A DNA stretch of 64,000 nucleotides from Octopus vulgaris (GCA_951406725.2 OX597828.1:8370001-8434000), one strand, 5' to 3'; shown: positions 1 through 15,606, numbered from the stretch's first letter. The notes: generated by a model from the sequence alone, not told the origin. Program-made: numbers and translations.

Positions 1-400
1 GGCTAAATGTCTGCTCCGTTTCCTGTCGATTTAGCTGTTCGTTAAAAGCATATAACAATTAAATTACACCCCACCCAGCATATTCCATTTAACTTCATTT
101 GCTAAGGTAATTTTATAATGAATGTTATTTATTTTTAAGTTTAATGAACGTGTATCCCATTCTTAATTTTGTATGTGTGTGTACTTTGGTGTATGTGATT
201 TTTTTCTTTATGTATGGGTTTGTGAGTAAATAAGGGAAAACTTTGGAGAATTCCGGACATTTTGGAATCTCTGTTATGTCTATTTGAGATTTGTATCTAT
301 TCTTTTTACAAACTACTTAATAATTTAAAGCATTATCTTTTCAACTTTGATAAAAATAACATGTTTTTGATAGAATTAATGACTTAACTCATAAGTTACG

Positions 401-568
401 GGTTTCAAATTTTGACACAAAGCCAGCAATTACAGGTGAAAGTGTTAGTCGATTATATCGATCCTACTGCTCAACTGGTGCTCATTTTGAACTCAAAACG
501 TAAAACCGAACGAAATGCCGGTAAAGACTTTTACCTGGGTTGATAACGACTCTGTCAGTTTACCGCCT
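401..568 (-). mobile_element. SINE family B copy (degenerate, internally deleted)
   Basis: Reverse complement matches the family head AGGCGG..CTGACAGAGTCGTT, the B-box-like GAGTTCAAA and the tail TTGTGTCAAAATTTGAAACC seen in other copies in this window. Confidence 0.75.
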
Positions 569-1649
569 GAGTTTCTTCATTAATTACTGTAAATAATTCA
601 ATATAATGAAATACGAGTTCAGATAATTATGCTGTTCAGAAATTTTAGATGTATTACAGGAATCTTTTCTTACGCACAATTTTTGGCTATAATAAATTTA
701 TGGTACCCTATATCAATCATTGATAATATTTTCAGGTATTGGTGTACTTCTGATTTCTGATTCTTTTCCAGTTTTCCTTATCTATTCCAGTTATTTTTTT
801 TTTTTCGTAACTTTAATTTTACCTTTGATATTTTACCATGATATTTTTTAAGCTCTATATTGGATAATGAGAATACTGATTTTTCATTTAAATTCCTTGC
901 TTCCTTAATGAATCTTCTTTCTAATCTCATCCAGTTATGCAATAGAGCTGTCAACCATGTGATATTGATAATTTACATTAAGTAAATGGCACTTGATGAT
1001 TTGACACATCATTCCTAAAATAGGTCTACAGCCGGATAAAACTATGAAATTGATTTTATACCATCAAAACTGGCCCTACGTGATCACCCAACTGGATAGA
1101 AATAGCAACAAAATATTCTTTCATTACACTATAGCGTCTTACATATAGCTACATTGTGTAACGTAATACTAGCTGCACAACAGTACAACAACAGCTGCTA
1201 CTAACGCCTATAGGGCAAAAGGGAATAGTAAACAAGACAAATTGAAACCAAATACGGTACGCTATTTGATTTAACCTTAAACACTCACCAAAGTCTCACA
1301 GAAGTTTTCAATGAGTCTTATGAAAGGATATAGGACGAGCTATTGTTAACACTTCCCCGTTTTAACACAATCACCCCCAGTAAAAGTTTTGTAAAGAATT
1401 GTGTAAAATAAGATGATAGTAAATGATAGTAAATGTTGTTCTACGATTTAAAATACTATAATTTGGATTGCTATTATGCTGATTTTCTGTGAAGAGAGAG
1501 AAAAAGAATTCACACAGACACATTTTGTGAATTTCCTCCACGCTGTAATTAGTTCTATCGTTAATGATATGTTTCATATCATAAAATGTTTAATTAATAA
1601 GTCGTACCTGATATCAAGCTGATGGTTTCTGAAAAAGAATGAAATAGTA

Positions 1650-1652
<3 letters not shown>

Positions 1653-1728
<76 letters not shown>
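1653..1728. repeat. (TA)n microsatellite
   Basis: Perfect TA run; one of dozens in the window. Confidence 0.97.
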
Positions 1729-1731
<3 letters not shown>

Positions 1732-3789
1732 CAGAGCTTCGTAATATGTAAAGGAATAAATAAATATATGAATTCTAAGAATCTTTAGCAGTATAATTCT
1801 TTAATTTCTAATATTCTTTACCGAAACAAAACTGGATGAACCATAAGTAGTTCAACGGTTCGTATTACATTATTGGTGTTTACAATCTCTAATGACTTGA
1901 CTCTTAACATCACAATTCTATATATATATTATGATTAGGGACACAGATCGCTAGAAACAATAGGCAGTCCATTTCGTTAACTTCTTGAATTTTGTTGAAA
2001 ACCTGACGTTCAAAGAATGCTTATAAAAAACAAAAAACAAAACAAAAACATTTATGTTGAAGTTTTCATTGAGCGCTGAGTAATGTCAGATAGAATTATA
2101 TTAGGAAATATTAATTACTAGAAATATTTACCAAATCTCCCTCAAACCGCACATCACCTCTCTAGAAATTGAAGTACTAGATTAAACATAAAAAAGGCGC
2201 AATATTCATCACTACTACGTTTTAATCCCAAGCCTGCGTTACCAGGGATCATCCGTTGGTTAACAAATCCAATAGCAATGTAGTCATTGTAAATACTATA
2301 CTTCTTTTCAAAAGACCAGTTTCGAGCAGATGCTGAGATAGTTGATACATTTCTTTCGGAGAATAATACTTTTTAGTAAAACTTTCCAAAGCATGAATCT
2401 GTCAGAATATGCGTTAAGAGGCCATTTTGCTCTGTGGATTTCAGCAGGTGGAATCTATATGTCAATCGATTGAAGATATATTCTCATTCAAAATGATCTA
2501 CTACCTTCTCTGTAATTCTCCTCTAAATGTTGCATGGCAGAGCGATAAGCGGATAGTTGCTATGTTTAGACGGCTTCCATTTAATTTATTTGGCGGGTTA
2601 CATCACTGAATTGCATATTTCGATGAGATGAGAAACCGAGTGGGTGTTAAAATGTAGAGTGTGAGTGTGAGAGTGTGCGCGTGCATATCTGAAAGAGAGT
2701 TTCTAGAGTAGAAACCGATAAAATCAGGTATTCCCATTGTAAAAAGAGAAAAAATATTGTGATATTTTTTTCTTGTAAATTCTTTAGTTCTTAATTTTTA
2801 ATTTGTTTTTCATTCGATGTTTCTCATTCAGTTTTCTTCATTGTTTCGATTTCAGAAATGAACTAATTTAAATCATTAGAAAACATTCATGATTTAAATC
2901 AAGAAAAACTAAATAAAATCCAAAATACACACCAGCGACGTGAACAAAAATATCACCATCAGCACCAACGTCCACATCAGCCCTAACAACAGACATTAAT
3001 TATTTCACTATTCATCTGTCTATGCTGTAATAATTTCAGATATTTTTGTTTGTTTTTATTTGTATTATTGTACCCTTTTATATTAGAGTATTTCTAACTT
3101 ATTCATTCGGAACATCTTATAGATTCGCTGAAATAATCAGTATTCTTTTGAAATTAATTGAAATTTTAATTGAAATAACAGAAACGGAAAGCGTTCGATG
3201 CAAAAATTCTGAGATGGGTGTGAATATTCATGAAGTCAGTTGATTCTCTTTCAGGACACATCTATTTCTCTTTCCGTATTATCAGTTAACATGGAAATTT
3301 TTAGACACTTCAGATTTTCACACAAATAACCATTTAATTTCATTGTAAATTTTTCAAATCCATTATTTACATGATAGTATATTTTATATTTAAACACAAG
3401 CCGCTCGCAACTGATTTCTCTAACTATAACTTTCACGCAAACGCTTCAAATCTTGGGCCGCTTGTTTTGGATCAGTTTCTTTACGGGGGCGGTTAAGTAG
3501 AAAAAATATATTACGCTGCAACAGAAAGAAATTCAATCGATGTAACATTCTAATCACTCTTGCAAAGTCCATTCCACAGAAATGTTAATAAGTTACTTCG
3601 AGTAATGTGTAACATGTAAGTAATGAGAAATATGATGAAGTGCAATGGAATGTTGAACGACTGTATAGTGTAGATATAAAAGAAGAGTGATATATGCAAG
3701 ACAAAAAGAGGGGTTATGATAGAGTATAAGAATTCCAGAATATAAATGGTCTACCCCATGAAGACAAACCGTAATTGAAGAAAGTAGAC

Positions 3790-4003
3790 AGGCTGTAAGC
3801 TAGCAGAATCGTTTCCACGCCGGGCAAAATGCTTACCGGGATTTCATCCATCTTGACGTTCTGAGTTCAAGTTCTGCCGAGTTCGACTCGGCTCTTCCTT
3901 TTATGGAGGTTCATAAAATAAGTACATGTTGAGCACTGTGGTTGATGTAATCGTTTTCCTCCTACCTCGAAAATGCTGACCTTGTGCCAAAATCTGAAAC
4001 CAA
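3790..4003 (+). mobile_element. SINE family B copy
   Basis: AGGCTGTAAGCTAGCAGAATCGTT head, GTTCTGAGTTCAAGTTCTGCCGAG B-box region, AAAATAAGTAC core, CCTTGTGCCAAAATCTGAAACC tail. Confidence 0.8.
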
Positions 4004-4499
4004 TATTGAAGCAAGAAGACAAAAGAAATAAAAGGTGTGAGGTCGTAGACTTCACAATATTACATGATAATAGAGTGGATAACAAAGAAATAGAATAAAC
4101 TAACATACATCTGGAACTAACCAGAAAAGTGAAGAGAATTTGCAAGAGTAACATAACAGTTCTTCATAGAGAAAATTGTAGCTGGGCGTGTTTTTGTTTT
4201 GTTTTTCTTTTTTGTAGCGGGACATGGAACTGTGAAAAATGTTTTCCATAGCAAACATACTACACCTAAACTCAGCCTAATCAAGCCAATTCCTCCTGTG
4301 TGAAGATTGTTTGCTACATCATATCGCTACTCTAATGCCCTAGTGTGGATATTGCCAGCTCACTGCCTATCTATTTGCTTCAATATTACGGTTAGTCTTC
4401 TTGGGGTAGACCATTTATATTTGGAAACTATATAATTATGAAATATTTAAAATAAAGTTCTTTTTTTTTACAACCACCGGAGGTGCATACATTTTCTGG

Positions 4500-4552
4500 A
4501 AAGTTATAGTGAGGCCTGAGGAAAAAAATAGTTTGGGAAACACTGGTCTAGA
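4500..4552. mobile_element. Single terminus of a hAT/Charlie-type MITE
   Basis: AAAATAGTTTGGGAAACACTG followed by GTCTAGAT. This is the reverse complement of a CAGTGTTTCCCAAACT TIR plus an NTCTAGAN-type target, typical of Charlie elements. The partner end was not found. Confidence 0.45.
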
Positions 4553-7500
4553 TGTGTAGCATTTCAAATATGAAATCATGAATTTTCTTATAAAGAAGAT
4601 CCCGTTCTTATTCAGACGAAATGATAAATTAGGTACTTTCAAATGGTCATAAATAGTGAGTTGTTTATAGAAGTCATTTCGATGATGTGAGGTGGCTATG
4701 TTTCTCCTTCAGGCACTTGTTGATGTAACAAACACCAAACAAGAATTTGCTGGAACCTACAACGTACATGAGAGGAAAGCATACCAATTGTCAATTTTCT
4801 TACTCGACTCAAATTAAAGTATGAGATCACAAATCTACATTGCGACTTACTTGTTGATAGATCGATATAATACCGAGATTCACTGAGGGGAATTAATAAA
4901 GAGAAAAACAGCTATAGTTAATATTTTATCGTGGCAACGAATGTTTTCCTCTAGTTTACCGAAATAAACATTACGTTTTGGTTTTTACAGTTCTTATCCT
5001 AATTTGTTGGTTCTCTTGGCTCTATAGTAATAGTAAATCTAGTCATCATTCAGACGCCGTCATTTTCATCAACATAGACGTCGCCATTGTCACCGTCTTC
5101 GTGGTGGTCATGATGATGATGATGGTGATGGCCTTCATCATGATCATCATCATTATCATGATCACCTTCATCGATTCGTTAACCAGTTTTATATCATCTG
5201 TTGGTGGGGCGATCTGAGGAGAATGCCGTATAGCTAAAATTCCCTGAGGCAGAGAACTATGAAACACTGTCCGTATTTTCTTCGGTGCATATGCATAAGA
5301 AAATATTTTGCAATACATAGGGACAGGCTTTACTGCGAGAATCATTTTGGTCGTCAATCATAAACTTGATAACTTTTAATTCGTTAAACGTAAAATTCCG
5401 TCCAGTAGCATAGTCAAGGAAAATGGCCTAGTTCACGTACAATAAAAGATATCTTTAACGATACATTGTAATCTGTTTGCTGCTAATGCAGTATAAATCA
5501 AGCAATGCATTTACCTCTTTGACGGCAAAATATCCGCATTAATACAAATTCTTGCTCTTTTACGTCTTTGCCAGAATTAATTTTTTGCGAGCCTACATTC
5601 CATGGTTCTGATTTGAAAATAAGCAAAATCTTTCTATCAGAGCATCTCACCTTCAATACTACTTTATTATAGCAAATGACTACAAATCAGAAAATATTAT
5701 ATCTAACTTCAGAGACGATTATTAGAACTGACAAACAAAGAGTACCAACAGAAGGAATTGTCTTGTATATGTGCAAATGTAGACGGTGTCAAGGATGCCA
5801 CATCTAATTACACAAATAACTGCACATATATCATCATCGTTTCATTTCCTTTAACCTTCGAAGCACATAGGACTTTTAATGGAAATCTAAACGTGAATTA
5901 TACTGCAAGTTTGATCCGAAAACACAGTTATCTTCATCAGGAACAAAATTCAATCACTACTCATAATATTAAACCGGTTTTATCCCATTCATTTTTAATT
6001 AAAATATTCAACTTCGTTATGAATACGAATGCTGCAGTACACGCCCTTTCTTTTCTTTTCTACTCTTAAAGTATTGGTAAATTATCTATTTAAAACGTAA
6101 TATAAAACGTATACAATATAGCCAGCTTCTGCATTACCTCATTTCCACCGTTTTACTAAACTTCTTTACCATAATTGCACTCATATGGACCTTTTTCTCT
6201 AGCCATGTTTACCCTTTAACCATAAATCAACATCGAGGATAACAAGAGGATCAGTTAATGTATTTGTCTAACTGGTCTAGTAGGGCTTTTATAGGGCGTG
6301 AGTGGTACCTTTACTTAGGCGGTGAATTTTCATTAGGACTAGTCTAGTTGTATTATGGACTAACATTTGTTGCGGTTTTATATCTACTCTGCACAAGTAG
6401 ATACATAATAAAATGTTCCAGTAATGAACATCTAGTATTTCTTGACGCAATGCAAATGGTAGACTTCATGATCCACTGTCTCATATTTCCTTCCCTTGTA
6501 AATTAATGGGAATCTTTTGACGCTATTTTCAGGTTATATGACCTATTGGCCAAAGATAAAAGATCAGAAACAGCCAACAAAACGGACGAATAGATGAGGG
6601 GAATGTGGAGAAAAGTTAGTTTGATCAAATAAATGTCCTGTTCTCTTGTGCATTATTTAAAAAGCCAAAATTTAAACATTCTACATTTAAAACAAATTCT
6701 TGAATTTGGTACAAAATTTTACTAAAGAGATGTAATATTGGACTGGTTTAAATAAACGTCTTATTGGTCCCAGGCCATCGTATGCTTCCTGTATCATTTA
6801 GTGTGTATCACTAAGCAATAAATGCAACCAAAACTGTTATTGCTTTCCGTGTTAATATATTATATAATAAACAATTTATCTTGCAAGGGAAGTTGAATTT
6901 ATCATTGATTCAGTTGTAACAAAACAATAATTTTATTACAAGAACAATAACTATATTTACTGTTCTAATTAACATTTTATTTATTTACTTATTCACTTAC
7001 TCATTGAGTTTTCACGTATTTCATTCCTGTGAGCGCATCAGTTCACCTATTGACCCACTTTCTGAAGAAATAGAAAATTTATTTAAATTTACAATTTATT
7101 TACTCAATTCTCTTCGTTTGAATACATTCTAAGATGTAACGTTTCGATTTTGTGATTTTATATCTTTGTGTATATATATATATTTTTTTGCATTTTGTAA
7201 ATGAGACAGGTGTTTAAATCTTAAACAGTATAAAAGGAAATGAAAGAAGAAAAATGAATATCGGAAAAAATGTATAAAGAAACAAAAAGAAGTAAATAAA
7301 ACATGGGGGTTGGTAGAGAAACAGACAAAATGAATGAAATGAAGAATGATGACATAAACAAAAAACAAAAAAAAACCAGTTAAGAAAAGAAAGAGAGACG
7401 TAAATTAAAGACAGAAACAGATTAAGAGAGAATCAAAGATAGAAAGAATCAAAGAAATAGAACTGAATGGTGAATGCCTGCAAAATCAAAATGCAAAAAA

Positions 7501-7944
7501 TAAATGAAATAAAAAAAAATACACAAATGAGAGAGGTTACTTCAAATTCGAACGAATCAGTCTGTGTTGGCGCCAGATCTGTAATTATGCTGCATCACGG
7601 AATCGTAAAATAACAAAGTGTACCAAATACCATATTGAAATTCTATCGACTATTTACTGCGGCTGTCTCTTTCTCTTCAAGTGAAACTCAACAACTTAGC
7701 TTTCATTTCCTTACGATTCTCGTCCATGGCGCTATTTGTTTCCTATTCCTTTACTTCCAATTCTATCATCCTCAATGTGATCGTTATGATCATTGTGATC
7801 TTCACCCCCCCCCCCCTAGAAAATAACGTATGTATATGTGTGAGTGAGTTATCTATGTATGAGACTATGTATGTATACTATGTATGTATATATGTGTGCG
7901 CGTAAATATGCATATATATATATATATTTTTATAACTATGTATT

Positions 7945-8007
<63 letters not shown>

Positions 8008-8008
8008 G

Positions 8009-8049
<41 letters not shown>

Positions 8050-8144
8050 TTGTGTATAAAACGTATGCGTTTATATAAAATGACCATATAAAATAACATA
8101 TATAACAATTTGAAGTAACCTCTCTCATTTATTTATTTTTTATA

Positions 8145-8190
<46 letters not shown>

Positions 8191-8657
8191 TATAAAACAT
8201 GCATCTTTTTATATAAGATAACCACACACACACACACACATATATATTTCAGACGAATTTTAAAAGATTAATAAATGTTACATAATTATTGAATAATTAT
8301 AATATAATTATTACAGTGGAAATTTACTCTTTATCACTATTCAGAGTTCTGCGAAAATGCTTGCTTACACATATACTAACAAACACACAAACACATGCGC
8401 AACAAAAATATGCATCACTGAATAGGCATGTATATATATGTATATATATGTACGTGTGTGTATGAGAGAGAGAAAGACATGGAGTGTGTGTGTTTGCGAG
8501 AAAGATGGGGAGAGATATACATAAAAAGATAGAGCGCCTTGTGTGAATTCGGACGAAATCATTTCAGCTGGATTTATTATTATTGGATTATATCAAACAC
8601 GTCGTTCATTTTAGAGCTAGCGTCAAAATAATGTAGCAAAAATTAGAATCACCATCA

Positions 8658-8878
<221 letters not shown>

Positions 8879-9235
8879 TACAGCAGAATTTGTATTAGCA
8901 TTTCATCATCATAATTGGTAATACTGGATATTTGGCGGCTTTTTTTCATTATTTGTTAGAAAATGCGTTTCTCCCTCATGCGAGAGGTTCTTGTTAAATG
9001 CCACTAAAAGTAATAGAATGTATTATTACTTCTAGCAGCAGCAGACGCAATAGTAGTAGTAGCAGCAGTAGCAGTAGCAAAATGGCTGCTAACTAAATGA
9101 TTTGTTATTAATATTCGAATACTTCTTAACATTCCATCATTCCCCACCCCCATAAACATTAATCTAACATACTAGACTAATTTCCGATCGATTCTGTTAC
9201 TATTACCATTACCATTATGATCATTATTGTTATCA

Positions 9236-9321
<86 letters not shown>

Positions 9322-9337
9322 GTTATTATTATTATTA
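9236..9337. repeat. (ATT)n microsatellite
   Basis: Direct reading. Confidence 0.95.
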
Positions 9338-9781
9338 TTTTAATTTTTATATTTATTAATTTAAACTTATTTCAGTTGTATTGTAAAAAAATAATTCTTT
9401 CTTTCGTATTTCTTCCTCTGGACAAAGATATCAAAGAGTATAAATTTTTATTGTTCTTGTTCTTGGTATTGCTTGTTATCTTTTTATCAATAGGCTCTGG
9501 ATCACTTTGTTCAGACAATTAGCATAAAATTAAGAAAAAAAGAAATACAACAGAAATTAAGAAAAAGAAAATTTAAAAAAAAGAAATACGAATACACTTA
9601 AGACGAAAACAAAAATATACATGTTTTTTTTTTCCTTTTTTCTTTTCGAGAATAGAAAATTGAAGAGGAAAGCCATTTTAGTTGGAAAACGAAAAGCAAC
9701 AAGGAGAAAGAATGACTAAACTTTATTGAGTCGTCTTGCTTTTATATATTACTTTCCTAGATTTTTCCTTCATTTCTTAAC

Positions 9782-9834
<53 letters not shown>

Positions 9835-10327
9835 CATCATTGTCATTTTTGTTTTTGTTGTTGTTAAATTTTTGAAAAGGTTTTTCTTGTATTTTACATC
9901 GGAAATGAAAGTATCTTGAAGTAGCTTTAGATTGCTTCTAATAAAGTAGTCATAGGTGAATTGGAATTGAATTGTTAAATGAAACTAAAAGATTGAACTG
10001 TATTATGAATTGTATATTTTTTGTAGTGTTTTCTTGAGAATGGTTTTTCGTTTACCCTTATAAATTTAGATTTACTTTCCAAAAGAACATGAGAACATTC
10101 GAAGGGAAACAATTTTTATTTTGATCTTTTGATGTACTTTTTAGATTTTTTTCGTTATACATGTATGCATGTGTGTATGCGCACACACACGCACATGTAT
10201 ATATATATGAAACTATATATACATATGTATATATATGTATATGTATGTATATATATATATATACATATATATATACTATAAAGATATGTATGTGTGTGTT
10301 TATGTGTATGTGTGTGTGCGTGTTTGT

Positions 10328-10380
<53 letters not shown>

Positions 10381-13339
10381 CGCGTGTGTGTTAGCTATGG
10401 ACTTTTGTATTTCTAGTTGTGAAATATTCGTTAAAGACGATGAACTCGTGCCATCTTCGACAGCGTAGCTGCAAAGTGATTTGAATTTTTATCATTACTG
10501 TTTCTAGACGCTGTAAATCAAATAAAACCATTGGAAGAAAGTTAGATATGTAAAGTAACCCTCCTATGCACAGTATCACTTATTCCATTTGACGATTATC
10601 CGCAATGTACCCCAGTCAGCGATAGCCTCAACCACTTGCACTATATTTGAAAGCATAGTGAAATAATGGAAGAACAGGGTACTCATATATGTTATAAAAG
10701 ATTCGCATAAACACTTAATTTATAATATCGGAATATATTATTCTTTTACGATCTTCAGATTTTAGTTATATTTACCTTTCTTCTCTTAGCGGACGAAACT
10801 GAAGTACAAAGTAGTAAAAGAGTCGTTTACCATTCCTCTACTTATTGTCCTTGTTTCTGTTTTGCTGCTTATTCATTGTTTCCTCTACTCTTCCTCCTTC
10901 TCCCTCACTCCCCCGCCATCAGTAATTCTTTTTTTCTGGAAGAAATGAGGCCACGATGAGATACGGAGGAAAGTGTGATATTTGTTTTCGCATCGATTAT
11001 CACTAAGATTTTAATAATCCGAATGCATCATTCTCTTTCGATCTACAATTGATAAATTGCATATCATTTACTCCTGCAGCAGCAAGTGTAAATGTATCTC
11101 AACAAGGTCTAAACCATTGTCCGTTTGTTCTTGCATTGGTGTATTTCTCGCAACTCTTGCAATCCAACAGCTACAGAAGGTGTCTCGAATTTCTCAATGA
11201 ATATGCTAGATATAACAACTGAAACATTAAAAACCTTTTCAGCAATAAAGGAATCTGCAGAATCTAGATGAGACACCATCATTTGCTGTTAATGCTGTGA
11301 CGTAGAAGTTATTATGAGGCGCCACTGTTTCAAGTTCTCACGTATTTCTGTATCAGTGTTTCTGAATTTTGCTGTTGTATTTGTTCGTATGTTATAATAT
11401 ATCTCTAGCGAAATTAAGGATGCTTAACAAATGGTTTTGAATATGAATGTCAAAAACAGTGATCATGAATATGCTGCAGAGAAAAAGTAAATCCTTCTCC
11501 AAGTAAAATTAGCAAAGCTTATTCTTATTTCCGTAATTACGAAAGGTATTGATTATAATAATACTCATAGCTGAAATTATCTTCATATTATTTGAGGATC
11601 TTCCCAATATCTCAGAGAACAGAGATAGTTTAAATTTATATATTGCTACGACTTGCCACTAAATCTTTGATGAATATTGGAAGTGCAGAACACCAAGATG
11701 GTGATAATATCTTATTACAGCGACCGATTAACTTCGGTTGTATTTTTGTGTAGTGCTCGTTTTTTACATTTGATTGAGCATTGGTAAGATGTCATACGAG
11801 CAAAGGAATTCGAGCTACGATCATGTCTTGATTCAGACATAGTGTAGGGTATATTGGCTTATATTACCTAACGTGTTCTTGCTTCTTCTTCCCTGAACAA
11901 GATGAATTGAAAAGTATTTGACAGATGCTTATAACATGTCAATCGACAGCACTGAGACTTCCGTATCGTGCTTATGTTTTATTTTATTAAACATACCGGT
12001 TGCTGAATATACACATGTATATTTTTTCATTCAGTAGATATGAAGTATCTTGTCATTGTTAAATTTCCTGGATGGTGTTCAAAATATGATGATGAAAATA
12101 TGTACATTTCTGTTAACCATTTCACTAACGCCTGCTACCCAGGAAAAATACACATAAACTTATAGGTACATATGCTCAAGATTATACACTTCCACACAAA
12201 GAAACATACATATACACTGACACAGATGCGTATTCTTGTGCAGGAACTTCTGATGTTAAATGTATCATCATTCATATGAACAGAATTCCGATTGTTATGA
12301 ATTCAGCGTGTAATATGTTTGAGGCAATTTTATTTCAGGTTCATTTCCTAATTATTCTCACTCGGCGTTACCTCATCTTTAAATAAATATAATCTATAAT
12401 ATTTATAGAATATCACAATTACGGCGAACTGCTATTCGTGTCATTCCTAATGAATTTAGCCGAGTAACTCAAGCAACTCCTAACAATTATCGAATTCCTC
12501 ACAGTTCCCCGGAACCTTGACAAAACTTGCACTGACATATTAACAATATAACTATTATCACAAGATTCATCACTTTCTTTTAACATTGCAGACAATGTCA
12601 CCAGCCGCAATTTAACTTTACCATCACCCCAACTAACACCATCATCACCACCATCGCCATCTTATCAGCGAAATTGTCGTTGATAGTGTAACCGTGATCG
12701 TTATTATTCCCATCAGTCACCATCACCACAACAACCGCCGACGCTACCACTACCACTACTACCAATTCTGTCGTCATTATCGTCGCCGCCACAGCACCGT
12801 CCACATCAGCATAGGCTTCCACGTCATAACCACCACGACCACCACGAACATATCCATAACCATATAATAAAAACTACTACCATCATCGTCATCGTCGTCC
12901 TTCTCATCATCATTATCATCGTCGTCGTCGGTGTCGTTGCTCCGTCGTCTTCGTCATCATCATCATCCTCATACCCTGATTAAAAGTTTGATTGATTCGA
13001 CCCATATTTGCTGAAGAACCTAACCTAAAAGCAAGGGGAATGTTTTGGAGAGTTTATAAAGTGAAGGATCAATTTACGTGGTGATTCTTTTCATTTTTGT
13101 TTCAATGTTTCATTTTTTAAAGAAATTATTGTTGCTATATATCATATTATCATAATCGACATTTTGCTTTATTCCAACTTAAAGTTACGGCTGTGTATGC
13201 AGGCCATCACCGGTTTTCAGTCGGTGGTGGTGGAAAAACATAGATCATTTGACAAATCACTCGCAGACACACATGTCTGTGCACACACACACATTCACCC
13301 ACACAACGATATTTCCCTCATATATATATATATATATAT

Positions 13340-13630
13340 TCCCGTGATCACCGTGACCGACCAGGCTATCAGATGTTGCTACAGATCGCTGGTCATAATG
13401 CGCTTTGCATTGTTATAGCCTTCAAATGACGCTACCCCGCTGGCTAAGCGAGCAGGCCAACAGAAAAAAGAGTGAGAGAAAGTTGTGGCGAAAGAGTACA
13501 CCAGGGATCGCCACCACCCCCTGCCGGAGCCTCGTGGATCTTTAAGTGTTTTCGCTCAATAAACACTCACAACGCCTTGTCTGGCAATCGAAACCGCGAG
13601 TCCGGTGCCCTAACCACTGGGCCATTCCGC

Positions 13631-13632
<2 letters not shown>
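13340..13632 (-). mobile_element. tRNA-derived SINE family C, near full length, inserted in (TA)n
   Basis: Minus strand starts AGGCGGAATGGCCCAGTGGTTAGGGCA (A box) and contains GGTTTCGATTGCC (B box). GC-rich body with TA runs on both sides. Confidence 0.8.
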
Positions 13633-13676
<44 letters not shown>

Positions 13677-13678
<2 letters not shown>

Positions 13679-13771
13679 CAGGCTTCTTTCAGTTACCACC
13701 AATCAAATCCACTCACAAGGTGTTGGTTGGCCCTAGGCGATAGAAGAAGACGCTTGTCTACGGTACCACGC
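13677..13771 (-). mobile_element. SINE family A fragment
   Basis: GGCTTCTTTCAGTT..CAAATCCACTCACAAGG matches the 20348 and 53193 copies. Confidence 0.75.
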
Positions 13772-14376
13772 TGAGCTAATAAAATAAACACCAAAATAAA
13801 AACCAACTACAAGCAAAACTTTTGTGTAAAATTAAACACAGTATACACAAGGAAAACCTCAATGCTATGTTGTAGTGGATATTTAATCTTTCAACATAGC
13901 GAGCGAGCGTTTCCGTTTCCCCATTCTTCAGTTTATGCTAAAATTAAAATATTTCAGTTTGTTTAATGAAATTTTACAGGTTGATTGTCATACCTACAGG
14001 GAACATTCTGCGTATACTTTCAATTTAAAATAGACAGCCTTCAGTTTTACCATAGTCCTTAAACTTTTCTCAACTGTTTTATCACTACGTAATACTTTAT
14101 ACCAGCCATTTTCAATACGACATTTTGTTCTAGTTGTTTTCACCTGCTATATTTGATTAATGGAAAGCAAGAAAACAACTGAATGTTAGAAATCTTCGCA
14201 CAGCATTTCTAACTGTTTTTGCGAATTAAATGTTTCAATTTATGCTTGAATGATAGTTTGATTATTTATATTTAAATAATGGGCAAATATAAATACTGCA
14301 TGTAGAATAAGAGATGCTTTAAAAAACTTCATGATGTATCCTTCATCAAACATTAATGACAATGTACTCATATATA

Positions 14377-15354
14377 TATCAGGTCACCCCCATAAGTTCT
14401 GTCCGAATTTTGGATAAAGAAAACGAGTGATCAAATGTTATATTTAATTGAAATTTAATCATCAATGTACTTTCCCTGATTATCTATGACTTCCTTCCAT
14501 CTATTTACAAACTTTTTAATCCCATCATTGTAAAACTATTTTGGTTTCAAAACAAAGAACTCTGAAACGTCAGTTTCTATCTCCTCCTGGCTTGCGAAAT
14601 GTAAGTCCCCCAAATGATTATGTAAATTACGAAACAAATTTTAATCTGAAGGAGCAAGGTCGGGAGAATAAGATGGATGAGAAAAATGTTCCCAACCAAG
14701 CTCTTCGATCTTCTGTGGTGTGATCTTTGCAGTGTGAGACCGCGCATTGTCCTGATGAAACATCACTCCTTTTCGATTCACTAAAGCGGGTTTTTTCACT
14801 TCAAAACTTGGATTCATGAGGCACCCATTTGCCAAGTTTAGGAAACTCTCCAAGTTATTGAAGATGACGATGAACAGTTGTATGGCTTGAACTAAGCTTT
14901 ATTGCCAATTCTTCAACTGATAAAACAGGATTTTCTTCAACTAATGCATCAGGGAGCTTATCATCAAAATCAACTGGACGTCCTGTTCGATCTTCATCTT
15001 CAAGGCTGATGTCTCCACTTCTGAATTTTGCAAACCATCTTCTGCAAGTTCTTTCATTCAAGCATTCTTTCTCATAAACTGAGTGTAAGTTTCTGTCGCT
15101 TCGGCTGCAGAGTTTCCTTTTTTGTACTCATAAAGCATCATGTGCCTCAAATGCTCTTTGGATACTTCCATGTTAGAAAGGGCTTTAATTCAAGAAATTT
15201 TGATTCTATTATTCTGCAAAATAATATTCAATTAATTTAAATTTACACAAATGTATAAAGATAATTTTAAAAACCCATTAGACATTCTAAAGTACTATTA
15301 AATTTCAATCAATTTTAAAAATGGTAAAATCGTACAGAACTTATGGGATGATTT

Positions 15355-15358
<4 letters not shown>
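14377..15358 (-). mobile_element. Mariner (Tc1/mariner DD34D) transposon, internally deleted, with TIRs
   Basis: TIRs: AGGTCACCCCCATAAGTTCTGTCCGAATTTT (14381-14411) and AAAATCGTACAGAACTTATGGGATGATTT (15326-15354). Flanked by TA; transposase remnants inside. Confidence 0.93.
14450..15171 (-). pseudogene. Mariner transposase pseudogene
   Basis: MEVSKEHLRHMMLYEYKKG start, ERTCRRWFAKFRSGD..LEDEDRTGRP HTH region, GKWVPHE, FHQDNARSH and HPSYSPDLAPSD motifs. Contains frameshifts and stops, and the segment carrying the first catalytic D is missing. Confidence 0.93.
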
Positions 15359-15384
<26 letters not shown>

Positions 15385-15385
<1 letters not shown>

Positions 15386-15548
15386 AAAGGGCTTAGTAAA
15401 ATAAATTACTTTGCCGCATACTGAACTCATTAGAAATAGCAGCTAAAAAAACTTTTTCAAAAAATATTTCCAATACTTAAAGAAAACCTCTCTCATATAG
15501 TGTTTGCTCAATATAGTATTAATTAATTAATTTTACCCTCAATTGTTG

Positions 15549-15553
<5 letters not shown>
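15385..15553. mobile_element. Short (TA)n-embedded insertion, possibly related to the 35271 tandem element
   Basis: Flanked by TA runs. CATTAGAAATAGCAGCTAAA (15428) resembles CACTAGAAATAACAGCCAAA in the 35271-36148 units. Confidence 0.4.

Positions 15554-15606
<53 letters not shown>

Noticed and set aside
6230-6560. Possible LINE C-terminal zinc-knuckle remnant (LEHFIM on the minus strand)
   Set aside because: Too decayed to support without a homology search.
10440-12600. Complex-sequence block that might hold host exons or an old transposon
   Set aside because: No long ORF or recognisable motif; small exons cannot be excluded without RNA-seq.
13560-13632. tRNA gene
   Set aside because: A and B boxes are present but there is no full cloverleaf; it continues into a SINE body.
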